A DNA stretch of 64,000 bases from Nitrospiria bacterium (GTDB lineage: Bacteria > Nitrospirota > RBG-16-64-22). The notes under the pieces are model-generated. The model was not told the DNA's origin, made no database searches, and was given only the letters and a program-made list of their open reading frames with translations. Positions 10,109-19,471 of the stretch are shown piece by piece. Location of the stretch: positions 16,334 to 80,333 of the forward strand of contig CAKKSE010000008.1 in the NCBI GenBank assembly GCA_919903025.1, written 5' to 3'. Within the stretch, counting starts at the first letter, position 1; every line of letters begins with the position of its first letter. A program made the position numbers and the translations under genes.

Positions 10109-10329
10109 TCCTTGGGGAGTGGATCGGCCGCTATTCCGGCTGTTTTCAGAGATCGCCCGTCCTGCCGCCCTCCAAAACGCACTACGCCCAGAACAACATC
10201 AAGATCCCTCTCCGAGCCCCAATCAAGCCGGGACTCATCCGACACGCACAGACTCTTTGCGGAGCACAAAGGTCTTCATGTTTTAGAAGGACACGCGGTC
10301 ATGGGCCGGTTATGGGCCGGCTGAGGAAA

Positions 10330-10377
10330 TTGCTAATAATGGGTTGAGCGATAAATCGCTCAACCCATTATTAGCAA
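10330..10377 (-). terminator. Perfect 23-bp AT-rich inverted repeat (hairpin with a 2-nt loop) immediately 3' of tRNA-Met
   Basis: TTGCTAATAATGGGTTGAGCGAT-AA-ATCGCTCAACCCATTATTAGCAA read directly. No clean U-tract. Confidence 0.45.
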
Positions 10378-10383
10378 ATTTAA

Positions 10384-10460
10384 TGGTAGCGGGGGCAGGA
10401 TTTGAACCTGCGGCCTTTGGGTTATGAGCCCAACGAGCTACCGGACTGCTCCACCCCGCG
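10384..10460 (-). tRNA. tRNA-Met (CAU anticodon; initiator-like 5' CGCGGGG acceptor)
   Basis: Reverse complement reads CGCGGGGTGGAGCAGTCCGGTAGCTCGTTGGGCTCATAACCCAAAGGCCGCAGGTTCAAATCCTGCCCCCGCTACCA. Cloverleaf is canonical and CCA is encoded. Confidence 0.85.
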
Positions 10461-10499
10461 TCAGGGAAGTGATCTTATACCCGAACGACCCGCCGGGTG

Positions 10500-11882
10500 T
10501 CAAGCCTCGTCGCGAACTTCGCTGTCGATTTCGATCCCGAGCGCCTTAATCTTCCTGTGCAGGTTGCTCCGCTCGATCTCCAGCTCCTCGGCCGTGCGGG
10601 AGACGTTCCCTTTGTTCGCCTTGAGCCGGTCGAGGATGTAACTCCGCTCGAACTCGGCCCGGGCCTCGCGCAAGGGCCCAACGGTCGGAAGCGCCGCGGG
10701 TGCCTGGGATCGGCCCCCCTCCTGTTCGACCAGAGGCGGAAGGTCGGACTCCCGAATCTCCGACTCCGGCGCCATGATGACGAGCCGCTCGACAAGGTTC
10801 TTGAGCTCCCGCACGTTCCCCGGCCAGCGATGCGCCGCGAGCTTCTTGAGCGCCTCCGGCGAGACCGTCTTCGGGCGCTTTCCGTAGTCTTCCGAGAACG
10901 CCTTGAGAAAGGCGCTGACCAGAAGAGGGATGTCCTCGGCGCGATCCCGCAGAGGCGGAACGTGGATGGGAACGACGGCGAGGCGGAAGTAGAGGTCGTC
11001 CCGGAATCGGCCCGCCGCGATCTCGGCCTGGAGGTCCTTGTTGGACGCGGCGATGACGCGGACGTCGACCCGCATCGTCTGCGTCCCGCCGACCCGCTCG
11101 AACGTCTGCTGCTCGAGGACGCGAAGCACTTTCGCCTGCGTGGCGAGGCTCATGTCGGCCACCTCGTCTAGGAAGATCGTCCCGCCGTCGGCCAGCTCGA
11201 ACTTGCCGGGTTTAGCCCCCGTGGCCCCGGTGAAAGCCCCCTTTTCGTGCCCGAAGAGCTCGCTCTCGATCAAGTCTTGAGGGATGGCCGCGCAGTTTAC
11301 TTCCACGAACGGGCGGCCGGCCCGGTCGGAGGCGGCGTGAATGGCGCGGGCGACGAGCTCTTTCCCCGTCCCGCTCTCGCCGGAGATGAGGACGCGTCCC
11401 CGCGACGGCCCGGCCGTCGCGATCTGCCGCTTGAGATCCTCCATCGCCGCGCCCCCGCCGACCATCTCGCAACGGGAGTCCACTTTCCGGCGGAGAGCGC
11501 GGTTCTCCGAGAGGAGGCGGGACTCGGAGGCGGCGTGCTGGATCAGGAGGACGATCTTCTCGTACGAGAGAGGTTTTTCGAGGAAGTCGTACGCCCCGAG
11601 CTTGGTCGCCCGGACGGCCGTCTCGATCGTCCCGTGGCCGGACATCATGATGACGGGAACGTCGGGGTACGACTCGCGGATCCGCTTCAGGGCCTCCATC
11701 CCGTCCATGCCGGGCATCCAGATGTCGAGGAGGACGGCCTGGGGCTGTTCCTCGCGGAGGATCGCGAGGGCCGCCGTTCCAGAATCGGCCGTGCGGACCC
11801 GGTACCCTTCGTCGCCCAGGACTCCCCTCAGGGATTCAAGGATGCTCGCTTCGTCGTCAACGACCAGAATCGTCTCGGGCAC
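10500..11882 (-). CDS. ntrX: Sigma-54-dependent response regulator (NtrC/NtrX family)
   Basis: REC domain (D52-like), AAA+ sigma-54 activator core (GESGTGKE, GAFTGA) and a C-terminal Fis-type HTH. Confidence 0.85.
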   Translation of the reverse strand: MPETILVVDDEASILESLRGVLGDEGYRVRTADSGTAALAILREEQPQAVLLDIWMPGMDGMEALKRIRESYPDVPVIMMSGHGTIETAVRATKLGAYDFLEKPLSYEKIVLLIQHAASESRLLSENRALRRKVDSRCEMVGGGAAMEDLKRQIATAGPSRGRVLISGESGTGKELVARAIHAASDRAGRPFVEVNCAAIPQDLIESELFGHEKGAFTGATGAKPGKFELADGGTIFLDEVADMSLATQAKVLRVLEQQTFERVGGTQTMRVDVRVIAASNKDLQAEIAAGRFRDDLYFRLAVVPIHVPPLRDRAEDIPLLVSAFLKAFSEDYGKRPKTVSPEALKKLAAHRWPGNVRELKNLVERLVIMAPESEIRESDLPPLVEQEGGRSQAPAALPTVGPLREARAEFERSYILDRLKANKGNVSRTAEELEIERSNLHRKIKALGIEIDSEVRDEA

Positions 11883-11955
11883 GAAACCTCCTTATTCAGG
11901 CCGTTCGGTTGATGGGTAGATAGGAAAAGCCCAAACCACAAGCTCTTGTCGATCT

Positions 11956-11992
11956 GCAATTTTCAATTTTCAATTTCCAATTTTCAATTCTT
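11956..11992. repeat. AT-rich heptad tandem repeat (AATTTTC)n, copy A
   Basis: CAATTTTCAATTTTCAATTTCCAATTTTCAATTC between the ntrY stop and the ntrX start. Confidence 0.6.
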
Positions 11993-12014
11993 GGCATCCA
12001 CCCATCCGCCCAGG

Positions 12015-14219
12015 TCACGCCGCCTTGAGCGGCAGGTCGATCATGAACGTCGTCCCTTGGGGCTCGCCCCGGCCCACGCGGATCTGCCCGGCGTGCTCGC
12101 TCACGATCCGGTTCACGATCGCGAGGCCCAAACCCGTCCCGGATTTCTTCCGCGAGAAGTACGGGAGGAATATCTTGTCCATCTCCTCGGCGGGGATCCC
12201 CGGCCCGTTGTCCGCGACCTCGATCGCGACCTTCCCCTCGGCCCGGTGGGCGCGCGTCCGGACAACGAGGCGCCCGCGCCCGTCCATGGCTTGGACGGCG
12301 TTCTCAAAGAGATTCACGAAGAGCCGCCGAAGCTGCTCCTTGTCGAACGAGAAGACCGTCACGCCCGGATCCAGCTCGGTCTCGATCACGATGTCCCGGT
12401 GGGCCGAGCGGTAGAGCGCCGCCACTTCGCCGATCAGGATGTTCAGGTCGTTCGGCTGGGGACGGGCCACGGGGAAGCGAGCGAACTGGGAGAACTCGTC
12501 CACGAGCCTCTTGAGATCGTCCACTTGCTGGACGATCGTCCGCGTGCATTCCTCGAGGATGGAAGGGAAGTCGCCGGCCCCTTCCGCGAACCGCCGGCGC
12601 AGACGCTGGGCCGAGAGCCGGATCGGCGTGAGCGGGTTCTTGATCTCGTGGGCGATCCGCCGGGCCACCTCCTCCCACGTGGCAGTCTTCTGGGCCTTGA
12701 TGAGCTCGGTGAGGTCCTCGAAGAGAACCAGGAACCCCAGCGGCTCGCCCTTGGAATCGACCAGCCGGGAGACGGCCATGTGAAGATGGAGGCCCCGTCC
12801 GCCGATCGTCAGGGTCAGGTTCTTCTCAACCGTCCGCCTTCCCCCCTCCGAGAGCGACCGGACCAGATCGAGAACGGGCCGGAAGCCCCCCTCCGAAAGA
12901 ACCTCCCGGTACGGCCGGCCGACGATCTGGGCGGGGTCGATCCCGAGGATCTCTCCTGCCGCCCGGTTGAATGTCGTCACCTTGTTCGTGATGTCGACCG
13001 ACACGACGCCCGCCGCGACGTTCTCGAGGATCGTCTCGGTGTAGGCCCGCCGGGCGTCGATCTCCATCGCCGAGACTTGGAGCGACCGGTACGCGGCGTC
13101 GAGCCGCTGTCGCCCCGTCCGAATGTCCTCGGTCATCTTGTTGAAGGAGTCGACGAGCGTGCCGATCTCGTCGGCCGCGGTCGCCTCCACCTTGACGTCG
13201 AGGTCCCCCTGCGAAACGCGGTGCGTGGCCTCGGCGAGCTTCTGGATCGGGATCGTGATTCCCTTCGACAGGTAGAGGCCGTACCAGATCGCGATGAACA
13301 GGATCGCCAGCGTGATGAGGAGGAAGGTGAGGAAATAGCTCGCCTTGATGGGCGTCCGGTACGCCTGGAGCTGGCGGTACTCGTCGTACGCCGTGGAGAT
13401 GGAACCCAGCTTGGAGACGAGGGCCGGAGGGAAGTAGACGTCGATGATGACGATTCCCGGGATCCGCCCGCCCTTCGCCGGGATGGGAACGACGGCCCGG
13501 ACGATTTCGCCGGCGGGAGTCGCGACGATGTCCGAGACCGCCTCCCCCCGGAAGCCGCTCTCGACGGACTCGGGCGCCGGGGGACGAACGGCCTCTTCGG
13601 GAATGTCGGAGGCGGCTACCTTGAGGCGGGAGAGCGTGGGGCTCGTCCGGACCTCGATCCGGGCCATGTTCTCGTCGCGGAGCTTCCGGGACAGGAGGGC
13701 CGAGAGCCTCCCTTCGGCGCCCAAGGCGAGGAGCTCCTCCCGCGTGATTTCGTCCGCGATCCGGCTCCCGGCCCCCGCCGCCCGCTTCCGGGCCTCCTCG
13801 TAGTAGAGGGAGTGGGCCAGCTCGACGGCGTCGCGGAGCGACCGCTCGACGGGAGGGGAGAACCAGTTGTTCACGATGGCATTGATCATCCCCGTCCCCA
13901 CTATGAAGAGCCCGGAGGTCGGGATCAGGATGAGGACGACGAACGTGAGGACGAGCTTGGTCCGGAACTTCGAGCCCAGGACGTCCTGCCGCCGCTCGTA
14001 GTAGAGCTTGACCACGTTCCGCCCGACGAAGATCCCGAGGGCCAGGAGCAGGACGATGTTGATGTTGAGGAGGGTGAAGACGATGATCGTGTCGCCGAGC
14101 GAGCGCTCCGGAACGCCCTGGGCCAGGAGCTCGATCCCGGTGGCGACGACGGAGACGACGAAGAGCAGGAGGAGGACGCGGATCGTCCGCGTGTTTTTTG
14201 CCTTCCGCTCCTCGAACAT
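12015..14219 (-). CDS. ntrY: Sensor histidine kinase, NtrY-like (TM-HAMP-PAS-HisKA-HATPase)
   Basis: N-terminal multi-TM region, HAMP, PAS, H-box (HEIKNPL), and N/G1/G2 boxes. Start trimmed to the Met at 14217-14219 (MFEERKAKNT...). Confidence 0.8.
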   Translation of the reverse strand: MFEERKAKNTRTIRVLLLLFVVSVVATGIELLAQGVPERSLGDTIIVFTLLNINIVLLLALGIFVGRNVVKLYYERRQDVLGSKFRTKLVLTFVVLILIPTSGLFIVGTGMINAIVNNWFSPPVERSLRDAVELAHSLYYEEARKRAAGAGSRIADEITREELLALGAEGRLSALLSRKLRDENMARIEVRTSPTLSRLKVAASDIPEEAVRPPAPESVESGFRGEAVSDIVATPAGEIVRAVVPIPAKGGRIPGIVIIDVYFPPALVSKLGSISTAYDEYRQLQAYRTPIKASYFLTFLLITLAILFIAIWYGLYLSKGITIPIQKLAEATHRVSQGDLDVKVEATAADEIGTLVDSFNKMTEDIRTGRQRLDAAYRSLQVSAMEIDARRAYTETILENVAAGVVSVDITNKVTTFNRAAGEILGIDPAQIVGRPYREVLSEGGFRPVLDLVRSLSEGGRRTVEKNLTLTIGGRGLHLHMAVSRLVDSKGEPLGFLVLFEDLTELIKAQKTATWEEVARRIAHEIKNPLTPIRLSAQRLRRRFAEGAGDFPSILEECTRTIVQQVDDLKRLVDEFSQFARFPVARPQPNDLNILIGEVAALYRSAHRDIVIETELDPGVTVFSFDKEQLRRLFVNLFENAVQAMDGRGRLVVRTRAHRAEGKVAIEVADNGPGIPAEEMDKIFLPYFSRKKSGTGLGLAIVNRIVSEHAGQIRVGRGEPQGTTFMIDLPLKAA

Positions 14220-14254
14220 CTCGGCCGGGCTCTTGGATGGAGAAGGAATCGTCG

Positions 14255-14920
14255 TCACGGCGTCTCCCGGCGGAGGGCGACAGCCAGCGGGCCCGGGGAG
14301 CCCGGGGAGAAGGACCCGGGCCCCCGGAACGATTGCGTCCCCTCCTTGAGCGTGAACTCGGGCGACGTCTTCCACGACGTGGAGAAGTCGTTGAACGAGA
14401 CGAAGAAGAGGATCGTCTCCAGGATGGCCGGAACGTTCGGCGTCCGCGACTCGGCCTTGAGCTGGATGTAGTACGGCTCGTTGGGCGCGAGGACCGAGCG
14501 GGGCGCCACGACGACGGACGCGAGCCGGCTCGTCCACACGAGCATCGGTGAAAACTCAGCGAAACTCTTCTCCTCGGAGCGCTCCCCGTCGCTCGCCCGG
14601 ACGGCGTAGAGCTTCTTGACCGAGTCGTACTTCACCTGCCGGAGGATCGTCCGCTGGGCGATGAATTCATCCGGCCACCAGTTGTACGACCGGTAGAGGT
14701 TGAGCGTATAGCGGAACTCCTTCGAGAAGCCGTTCTTGAGCGCCTCTTCGATCGCGGACGCGAACGGCCCCGTGAGCACCGCCGAGACGGCGACGCCCGA
14801 CGGCCCGATCGTCACGACGACGTTCGAGATCTGCTCGCCCTTCGCGAGCGCCGAGGCTGGAAAGAAGGGAACGAGGAGGGCGGAAACGGCAATCAAGAGG
14901 AGCGATCGAATTTTCGTCAT
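14255..14920 (-). CDS. Secreted DUF4390-like protein (commonly encoded upstream of ntrY)
   Basis: Signal peptide followed by a roughly 190-aa domain. Positionally conserved with NtrYX in several lineages. Confidence 0.45.
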   Translation of the reverse strand: MTKIRSLLLIAVSALLVPFFPASALAKGEQISNVVVTIGPSGVAVSAVLTGPFASAIEEALKNGFSKEFRYTLNLYRSYNWWPDEFIAQRTILRQVKYDSVKKLYAVRASDGERSEEKSFAEFSPMLVWTSRLASVVVAPRSVLAPNEPYYIQLKAESRTPNVPAILETILFFVSFNDFSTSWKTSPEFTLKEGTQSFRGPGSFSPGSPGPLAVALRRETP

Positions 14921-15073
14921 CCGTCCGGAACCGGTGATGGAAACGGGGAACCGACTGACCTAATTTTGCAACACTAGCACCCGATCAGCCGGTGTGTCAA
15001 GGGGCTATTTGTGTAAGTATTTGATTCTTCAATATTTTTCTTCTTCCCCGCTTCCCCTTCCCGTTTCCCCGTT

Positions 15074-16117
15074 TCAGTCCTTTCCCCGCCTCTTCGGATC
15101 CATGTGATCGCGGAGAGCGTCGCCCAGGAAGTTGAAAGCCATCACGGTGAGGAAGATAAGGAGCCCCGGGATGAGAAGCCACTGGAACCTGAGGAGGTAT
15201 TCCACGTTCTGCGCCTCGGCGAGAAGAAGTCCCCAGGAGGAATCCGGGTCCTTGATCCCCAGACCAAGGAAGGACAGGGCGCTCTCGCCCAGGATGTAGC
15301 CGGGGATCGAGAGCGTCGCCGAGACGACGGCGTAATTGAACGTCGAGGGGACGACGTGGCGGACGAGAACCCGGGCGCCCGAGGCGCCCATCGCCCGGGC
15401 GGCCAGGACGTACTCGCGCTCCCGCTCGGAGAGGACGAGACCGCGGACGATCCGGGCGAGCCCCGCCCATCCGATGAACGAGAGGATGGCGACGATCAGC
15501 AGGTAGGTGAGCGACGACGGAAGCGTCGCCGGGATGATCACGGCCAGGGCCAAGAGGAAGTAGAACGTGGGGAGAGACATGAGGATCTCCGTCGCGCGCA
15601 TGATGACGAAGTCCGTCCGTCCCCCGACGTACCCGGAGAATGCCCCGATCAGGATCCCCAGCGTGTAGCTGATTGCGACGCCCACGAGGCCGATGGAGAG
15701 GGAGATCCGGCCTCCATACACGAGGCGCGAGAAGAAATCGCGCCCCAGAGCGTCAGTCCCGAGGAGGAAGAGGCGGGCGTCCGGGTCGGCCGTCGTGAGG
15801 ACCTTGCCGCGCTTGAAGAACGAAAGGCGGATCCGCTCCTCCGTCTCTTCGTACCGGCGCTTCCGGATGTCGGCAAGCTTCGTCTTGTGGACGTAGAGGG
15901 GCCCCTCCGACCACTCGCCCGGGGGCGCGAGATGGACGCGCATCGGCGGATGGTGCGGGTGGCGGCGGTTCTGCGCCGCCGGATCGTACGGCGCGGCGAC
16001 CGGCGCGAAGAGAGCCGCCAGCGCAAAGGCGGCGAGAAGCGCGAGACTAACGCGCGCCGGCCAGCCGGCGGATATCCAGAAGTCAGTCATCTTTCCCGAC
16101 CGGTGATCGTTTCTCAA
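15074..16117 (-). CDS. ABC transporter permease, OppC/DppC family (binding-protein-dependent inner-membrane component)
   Basis: EAA-loop region and 6 TM segments. Long N-terminal extension as in YejE/OppC. Confidence 0.8.
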   Translation of the reverse strand: MRNDHRSGKMTDFWISAGWPARVSLALLAAFALAALFAPVAAPYDPAAQNRRHPHHPPMRVHLAPPGEWSEGPLYVHKTKLADIRKRRYEETEERIRLSFFKRGKVLTTADPDARLFLLGTDALGRDFFSRLVYGGRISLSIGLVGVAISYTLGILIGAFSGYVGGRTDFVIMRATEILMSLPTFYFLLALAVIIPATLPSSLTYLLIVAILSFIGWAGLARIVRGLVLSEREREYVLAARAMGASGARVLVRHVVPSTFNYAVVSATLSIPGYILGESALSFLGLGIKDPDSSWGLLLAEAQNVEYLLRFQWLLIPGLLIFLTVMAFNFLGDALRDHMDPKRRGKD

Positions 16118-16206
16118 ACACTCACGGCCCGCCTATTACACACTTATGCTCCCTCCTCCCGCTTCACATCCCGACAACGGTGCACCCGGGCGACAACCAC
16201 CCTTCT

Positions 16207-16497
16207 TCAAGCAGCCTTGGCCTTTGCGATCCGGAGTCTCACCATGAGACCGATCTGGGCCAGCATGGCAATGAGCGTGTCGACGCTGAAGACGTCGATT
16301 TTTCCGCGCATCAAGTCGCTGATCCGAGGCTGAGTGACGCCCAGACTCTTGGCGGCCTCGGCCTGGGTCATGCCCTTGCGGCGGATGTATTTCTCGATCT
16401 CGGCCATCAGCTCGGCTCGAACACGCAGGTTCTCCGCCTCTTCGCGCTCGAACCCAAGATCCTTGAAAACGTTCCCGGATGACCTCGTCATCTTCAT
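16207..16497 (-). CDS. higA: HigA-like Xre-HTH antitoxin
   Basis: GMTQAEAAKSLGVTQPRISDLMRGK is a Cro/C1-type HTH. Start at the internal Met gives an ATGA overlap with the upstream toxin. Confidence 0.7.
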   Translation of the reverse strand: MKMTRSSGNVFKDLGFEREEAENLRVRAELMAEIEKYIRRKGMTQAEAAKSLGVTQPRISDLMRGKIDVFSVDTLIAMLAQIGLMVRLRIAKAKAA

Positions 16498-16835
16498 GTT
16501 TTCTCCTTTCTCCATTTCAACAGACGCCAGAAGCGTTCGGCCGCAAGATCGATGTCGTGCTTGGGCGTTTTCCTGGTCTTCTTGCCGAAGGCATGCAGAA
16601 CGTAAACGGCCTCTTCGAACTTGGCCACGTAGAGGACCCGAACCTCGCTCCCCGCGTGCACCCGGATTTCCCGAACGCCTGGGCCGACGGCCGGCATCGG
16701 CTTCCAGTCGGTCGGTTCATCTCCGGCCTGAACTTTGAAGAGCTGATACCCGGCATCCTTCCGCGCGTCGGGCGGAAAATCTCTCAGATCGTCGAGCGTT
16801 GTCGCCACCCATACCAGCGGCTTCATGATATACAA
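16494..16835 (-). CDS. higB: HigB/RelE-superfamily toxin (Gp49-like)
   Basis: 113 aa in toxin-first order, as in HigBA. AT-rich promoter directly upstream (16840-16880). Confidence 0.7.
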   Translation of the reverse strand: MYIMKPLVWVATTLDDLRDFPPDARKDAGYQLFKVQAGDEPTDWKPMPAVGPGVREIRVHAGSEVRVLYVAKFEEAVYVLHAFGKKTRKTPKHDIDLAAERFWRLLKWRKEKT

Positions 16836-16975
16836 ATACTTATATATATGTCAATGAATCCGCCGTCAAGTCTCGGCGGGTCCGGTGACCCGCCCTACGA
16901 AATTCGTCCGCTCACCCGACCGTAGGGCGGCACACCGTGCCCGCCCAACACCATGCGCGCCGCCCGGCCGCCGCC

Positions 16976-17941
16976 TCACTCATACCGAATCCTCGGGTCG
17001 GCGAACTTGAGGGCGATGTCGGCCAGAAGATTGCCGACAATCAACAACACCGCGCCGATCAGGATCGAGCCCATGAGGAGGAAGAGGTCCTGGGAGAGGA
17101 CGGCCTGGAGCATCAGGTTTCCCATCCCTTGCAGGTGAAGGACCGCCTCCACCAGCGCCGCGCCGCCGAAGAGAGCGCCCAACTCGTACCCCGCGATCGT
17201 GATGAACGGGTTGATCGCATTCCGGAGGATGTGCTTGTAGACGACGGTCCGCTCCGGGAGCCCCTTCGCGCGGGCCGTCCGGACGTAGTCCGCGTTCATG
17301 ATCTCCATCACGTTCCCGCGCATGAGGCGCATGAGTCCCGCCACACCCGAAGTCCCCAGGACGACGACGGGCAGGATGAGGTGATGCACCCGGTCCCAGA
17401 TCTTCTCGAAGAACGAAAGCGTGTCGTAGTTCGGCGAGAACGAGCCGCCCGTCGGGAACCACCCCGTCTGGAGGGCAAAGATGAGAAGGAGGAGAGCGAA
17501 GAAGAAGGATGGGATCGACATCCCCATGAAGGCGAAGAACGAGAGGAGCCGGTCGGCCCACGTCCCAGGCCGGAGGGCCATGAAGAGGCCCAGGGGGACC
17601 GCAAGCCCCCAGGAAACGACCATCGCCGCGGCCGAGAGGATCACCGTGTTGGGGAGGAAGCGGCCGATCAGGGAGAGGACGTCCACGTGGTAGAAGATGC
17701 TCTCGCCGAAGTCGAGATGGAGCACCCGCCAGAGCCAGAGAAAATAGCGGATGACGAGCGGCTTGTCGAACCCGTACTTGGCCTCCATCGCCTGGAGCGT
17801 CTCGGGCGAGAACTGGGGGTTCATCTTGAGGGAAGTGAAAAAGTCGCCCGGCGCGAGATCCACAACAACGAACGAGATGAACGTGATCCCGATGATGAGC
17901 GGGACCGCGTTGACCAGGCGCCTTAGAACGTACCGGCCCAT
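16976..17941 (-). CDS. ABC transporter permease, OppB/DppB family
   Basis: N-terminal MGRYVLRRLVNAVPLIIGITFISF is a classic OppB start. EAA loop present. Confidence 0.8.
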   Translation of the reverse strand: MGRYVLRRLVNAVPLIIGITFISFVVVDLAPGDFFTSLKMNPQFSPETLQAMEAKYGFDKPLVIRYFLWLWRVLHLDFGESIFYHVDVLSLIGRFLPNTVILSAAAMVVSWGLAVPLGLFMALRPGTWADRLLSFFAFMGMSIPSFFFALLLLIFALQTGWFPTGGSFSPNYDTLSFFEKIWDRVHHLILPVVVLGTSGVAGLMRLMRGNVMEIMNADYVRTARAKGLPERTVVYKHILRNAINPFITIAGYELGALFGGAALVEAVLHLQGMGNLMLQAVLSQDLFLLMGSILIGAVLLIVGNLLADIALKFADPRIRYE

Positions 17942-17986
17942 CTCACATCACCCCAACGCTGCGGAGCCGCGCCCGGACAGACGCGG

Positions 17987-19471
17987 CTACTCCTCTCTCA
18001 GGCTGTAGGCAAAATCGTTGTAAGCCATGAGCGTGATGATCGTTGATATCCTCACCCTTCTGTCGAACACCCACGGCAGGATCTTGAAGATGAACTTGAT
18101 CCGCTCCAGGTCGCGCGTCAGAAGATACGTCATCAGCCTCGCGGCAAAGAGCACCCTGTATTTCGCCTTGATCGGATTTCTCCTGTTCTGCTCCCGCCAG
18201 AAGTCCTTCTCCCAGAAATACTTGAGTTTCCTGTAGATGGACGCGAACGAATAGACCTCTCTCCACACGCGGACAAAGCCCTTCTTGAGTTCGGCGGGCG
18301 TCATGTTTCTTGGCTTGAAAACGACCGTCTTGGAATCGTATCGGTCCCAGTCCTTGTGCAACAGCCGGCCTTCCTTCTCCATCCTGTCGAAGAGGCCGGT
18401 GCCGGGGAACGGCGTCAGGATGCTGACGAGCGCGAAGAGCACGTTGTTGCCGTTGATGAACTCGGCCAGTCCGCGAAACGTCTCCTGGGTGTCGTTGTCA
18501 TGGCCCACGATGAAAGCGCCTTGAACGAGAATGCCGTGGGAATGGATCTTCCCGATCGCTTCGCTGAAGTCCTGCCTCAGATTTATCTTCTTGTTCATCT
18601 GCCTCAGGGTGTCGGGGGTGATGGATTCGAAGCCGATGAGGATCCCGCCGCACCCGCTCTTCGCCATGAGACCCAGAATCTCGTCGTTCCGGGCCACGTT
18701 CAGGCTCGCCTGGCACGACCAGCTCACGTCCAAGGGAGCCAGTTCCTCAAGAAACGCCTTCGCGTACCTTCTGTCCGCGACAAGGTTGTCGTCGGCGAAG
18801 AAGATCGCCTTCTTCCTCTCGAGGATGCCGTCCAGCTGAGTCTCACGGATATCGTTCATCACCTGCTCCAGGGAGCGGTGCCGGATCCGGGTCCCGTCGA
18901 ACGCGTGGACCGAGCAGAAATCGCAGAAGAACGGACATCCCTTTGTCGTCTGGACGATGTGCAGAAGGTACCTGTCGTTCTTGAGGAGGCGCCGGTCGGG
19001 CATCGGGCATTCCGCGAGATTGGGGTGGCCTGGGCTTCTGTAGATCGGCTTGAGCCGGTTGTTCCTGAAATCCTCCAGCAGATCCCCCCAGACCCCTTCC
19101 GCCTCGCCGATCACGACGCTGTCCGCGTGCCGGCACGCCTCCTCCGGGAGCATGGAGGCGTGAATCCCTCCCAGGACCACCTTGACGCCCCGCGCGCGGA
19201 ATTGCGATGCAATCTCGTACGCCCGCTTCGCGAACATCGTGCGAACGCTGATGCCGACGAGGTCCGCCGGCGCGTCGAAATCGATCGGCTCCACGTTCTC
19301 GTCCACGACCGTGACGTCGACGTCCGGCGGGGTGAGCGCCGCCAGCGTGGGAATGGCCAGGAGGTAGCCCGAGTACGCCTTCGAGAATATGAACCGGGCC
19401 ACGTACCTGTAGTCGTAGATGTTCTTTTCGTTGTCCGTTCCCTGCCGTGGGGTAATCAGCGTCAGTCTCAT
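17987..19471 (-). CDS. B12-binding radical SAM protein (class B) with a C-terminal DUF4070-like extension
   Basis: N-terminal cobalamin-binding Rossmann region, CPFFCDFC (CxxxCxxC) radical-SAM cluster motif, and a C-terminal roughly 100-aa basic/aromatic domain. Its start codon shares a nucleotide with the upstream substrate-binding-protein (SBP) stop. Confidence 0.8.
   Translation of the reverse strand: MRLTLITPRQGTDNEKNIYDYRYVARFIFSKAYSGYLLAIPTLAALTPPDVDVTVVDENVEPIDFDAPADLVGISVRTMFAKRAYEIASQFRARGVKVVLGGIHASMLPEEACRHADSVVIGEAEGVWGDLLEDFRNNRLKPIYRSPGHPNLAECPMPDRRLLKNDRYLLHIVQTTKGCPFFCDFCSVHAFDGTRIRHRSLEQVMNDIRETQLDGILERKKAIFFADDNLVADRRYAKAFLEELAPLDVSWSCQASLNVARNDEILGLMAKSGCGGILIGFESITPDTLRQMNKKINLRQDFSEAIGKIHSHGILVQGAFIVGHDNDTQETFRGLAEFINGNNVLFALVSILTPFPGTGLFDRMEKEGRLLHKDWDRYDSKTVVFKPRNMTPAELKKGFVRVWREVYSFASIYRKLKYFWEKDFWREQNRRNPIKAKYRVLFAARLMTYLLTRDLERIKFIFKILPWVFDRRVRISTIITLMAYNDFAYSLREE

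Noticed and set aside
11946-14471. 841-aa plus-strand ORF opposite the ntrY histidine kinase
   Set aside because: It is antisense to a gene with clear HAMP/PAS/HisKA/HATPase motifs. The product is Asp/Arg/Pro-rich with no motifs.
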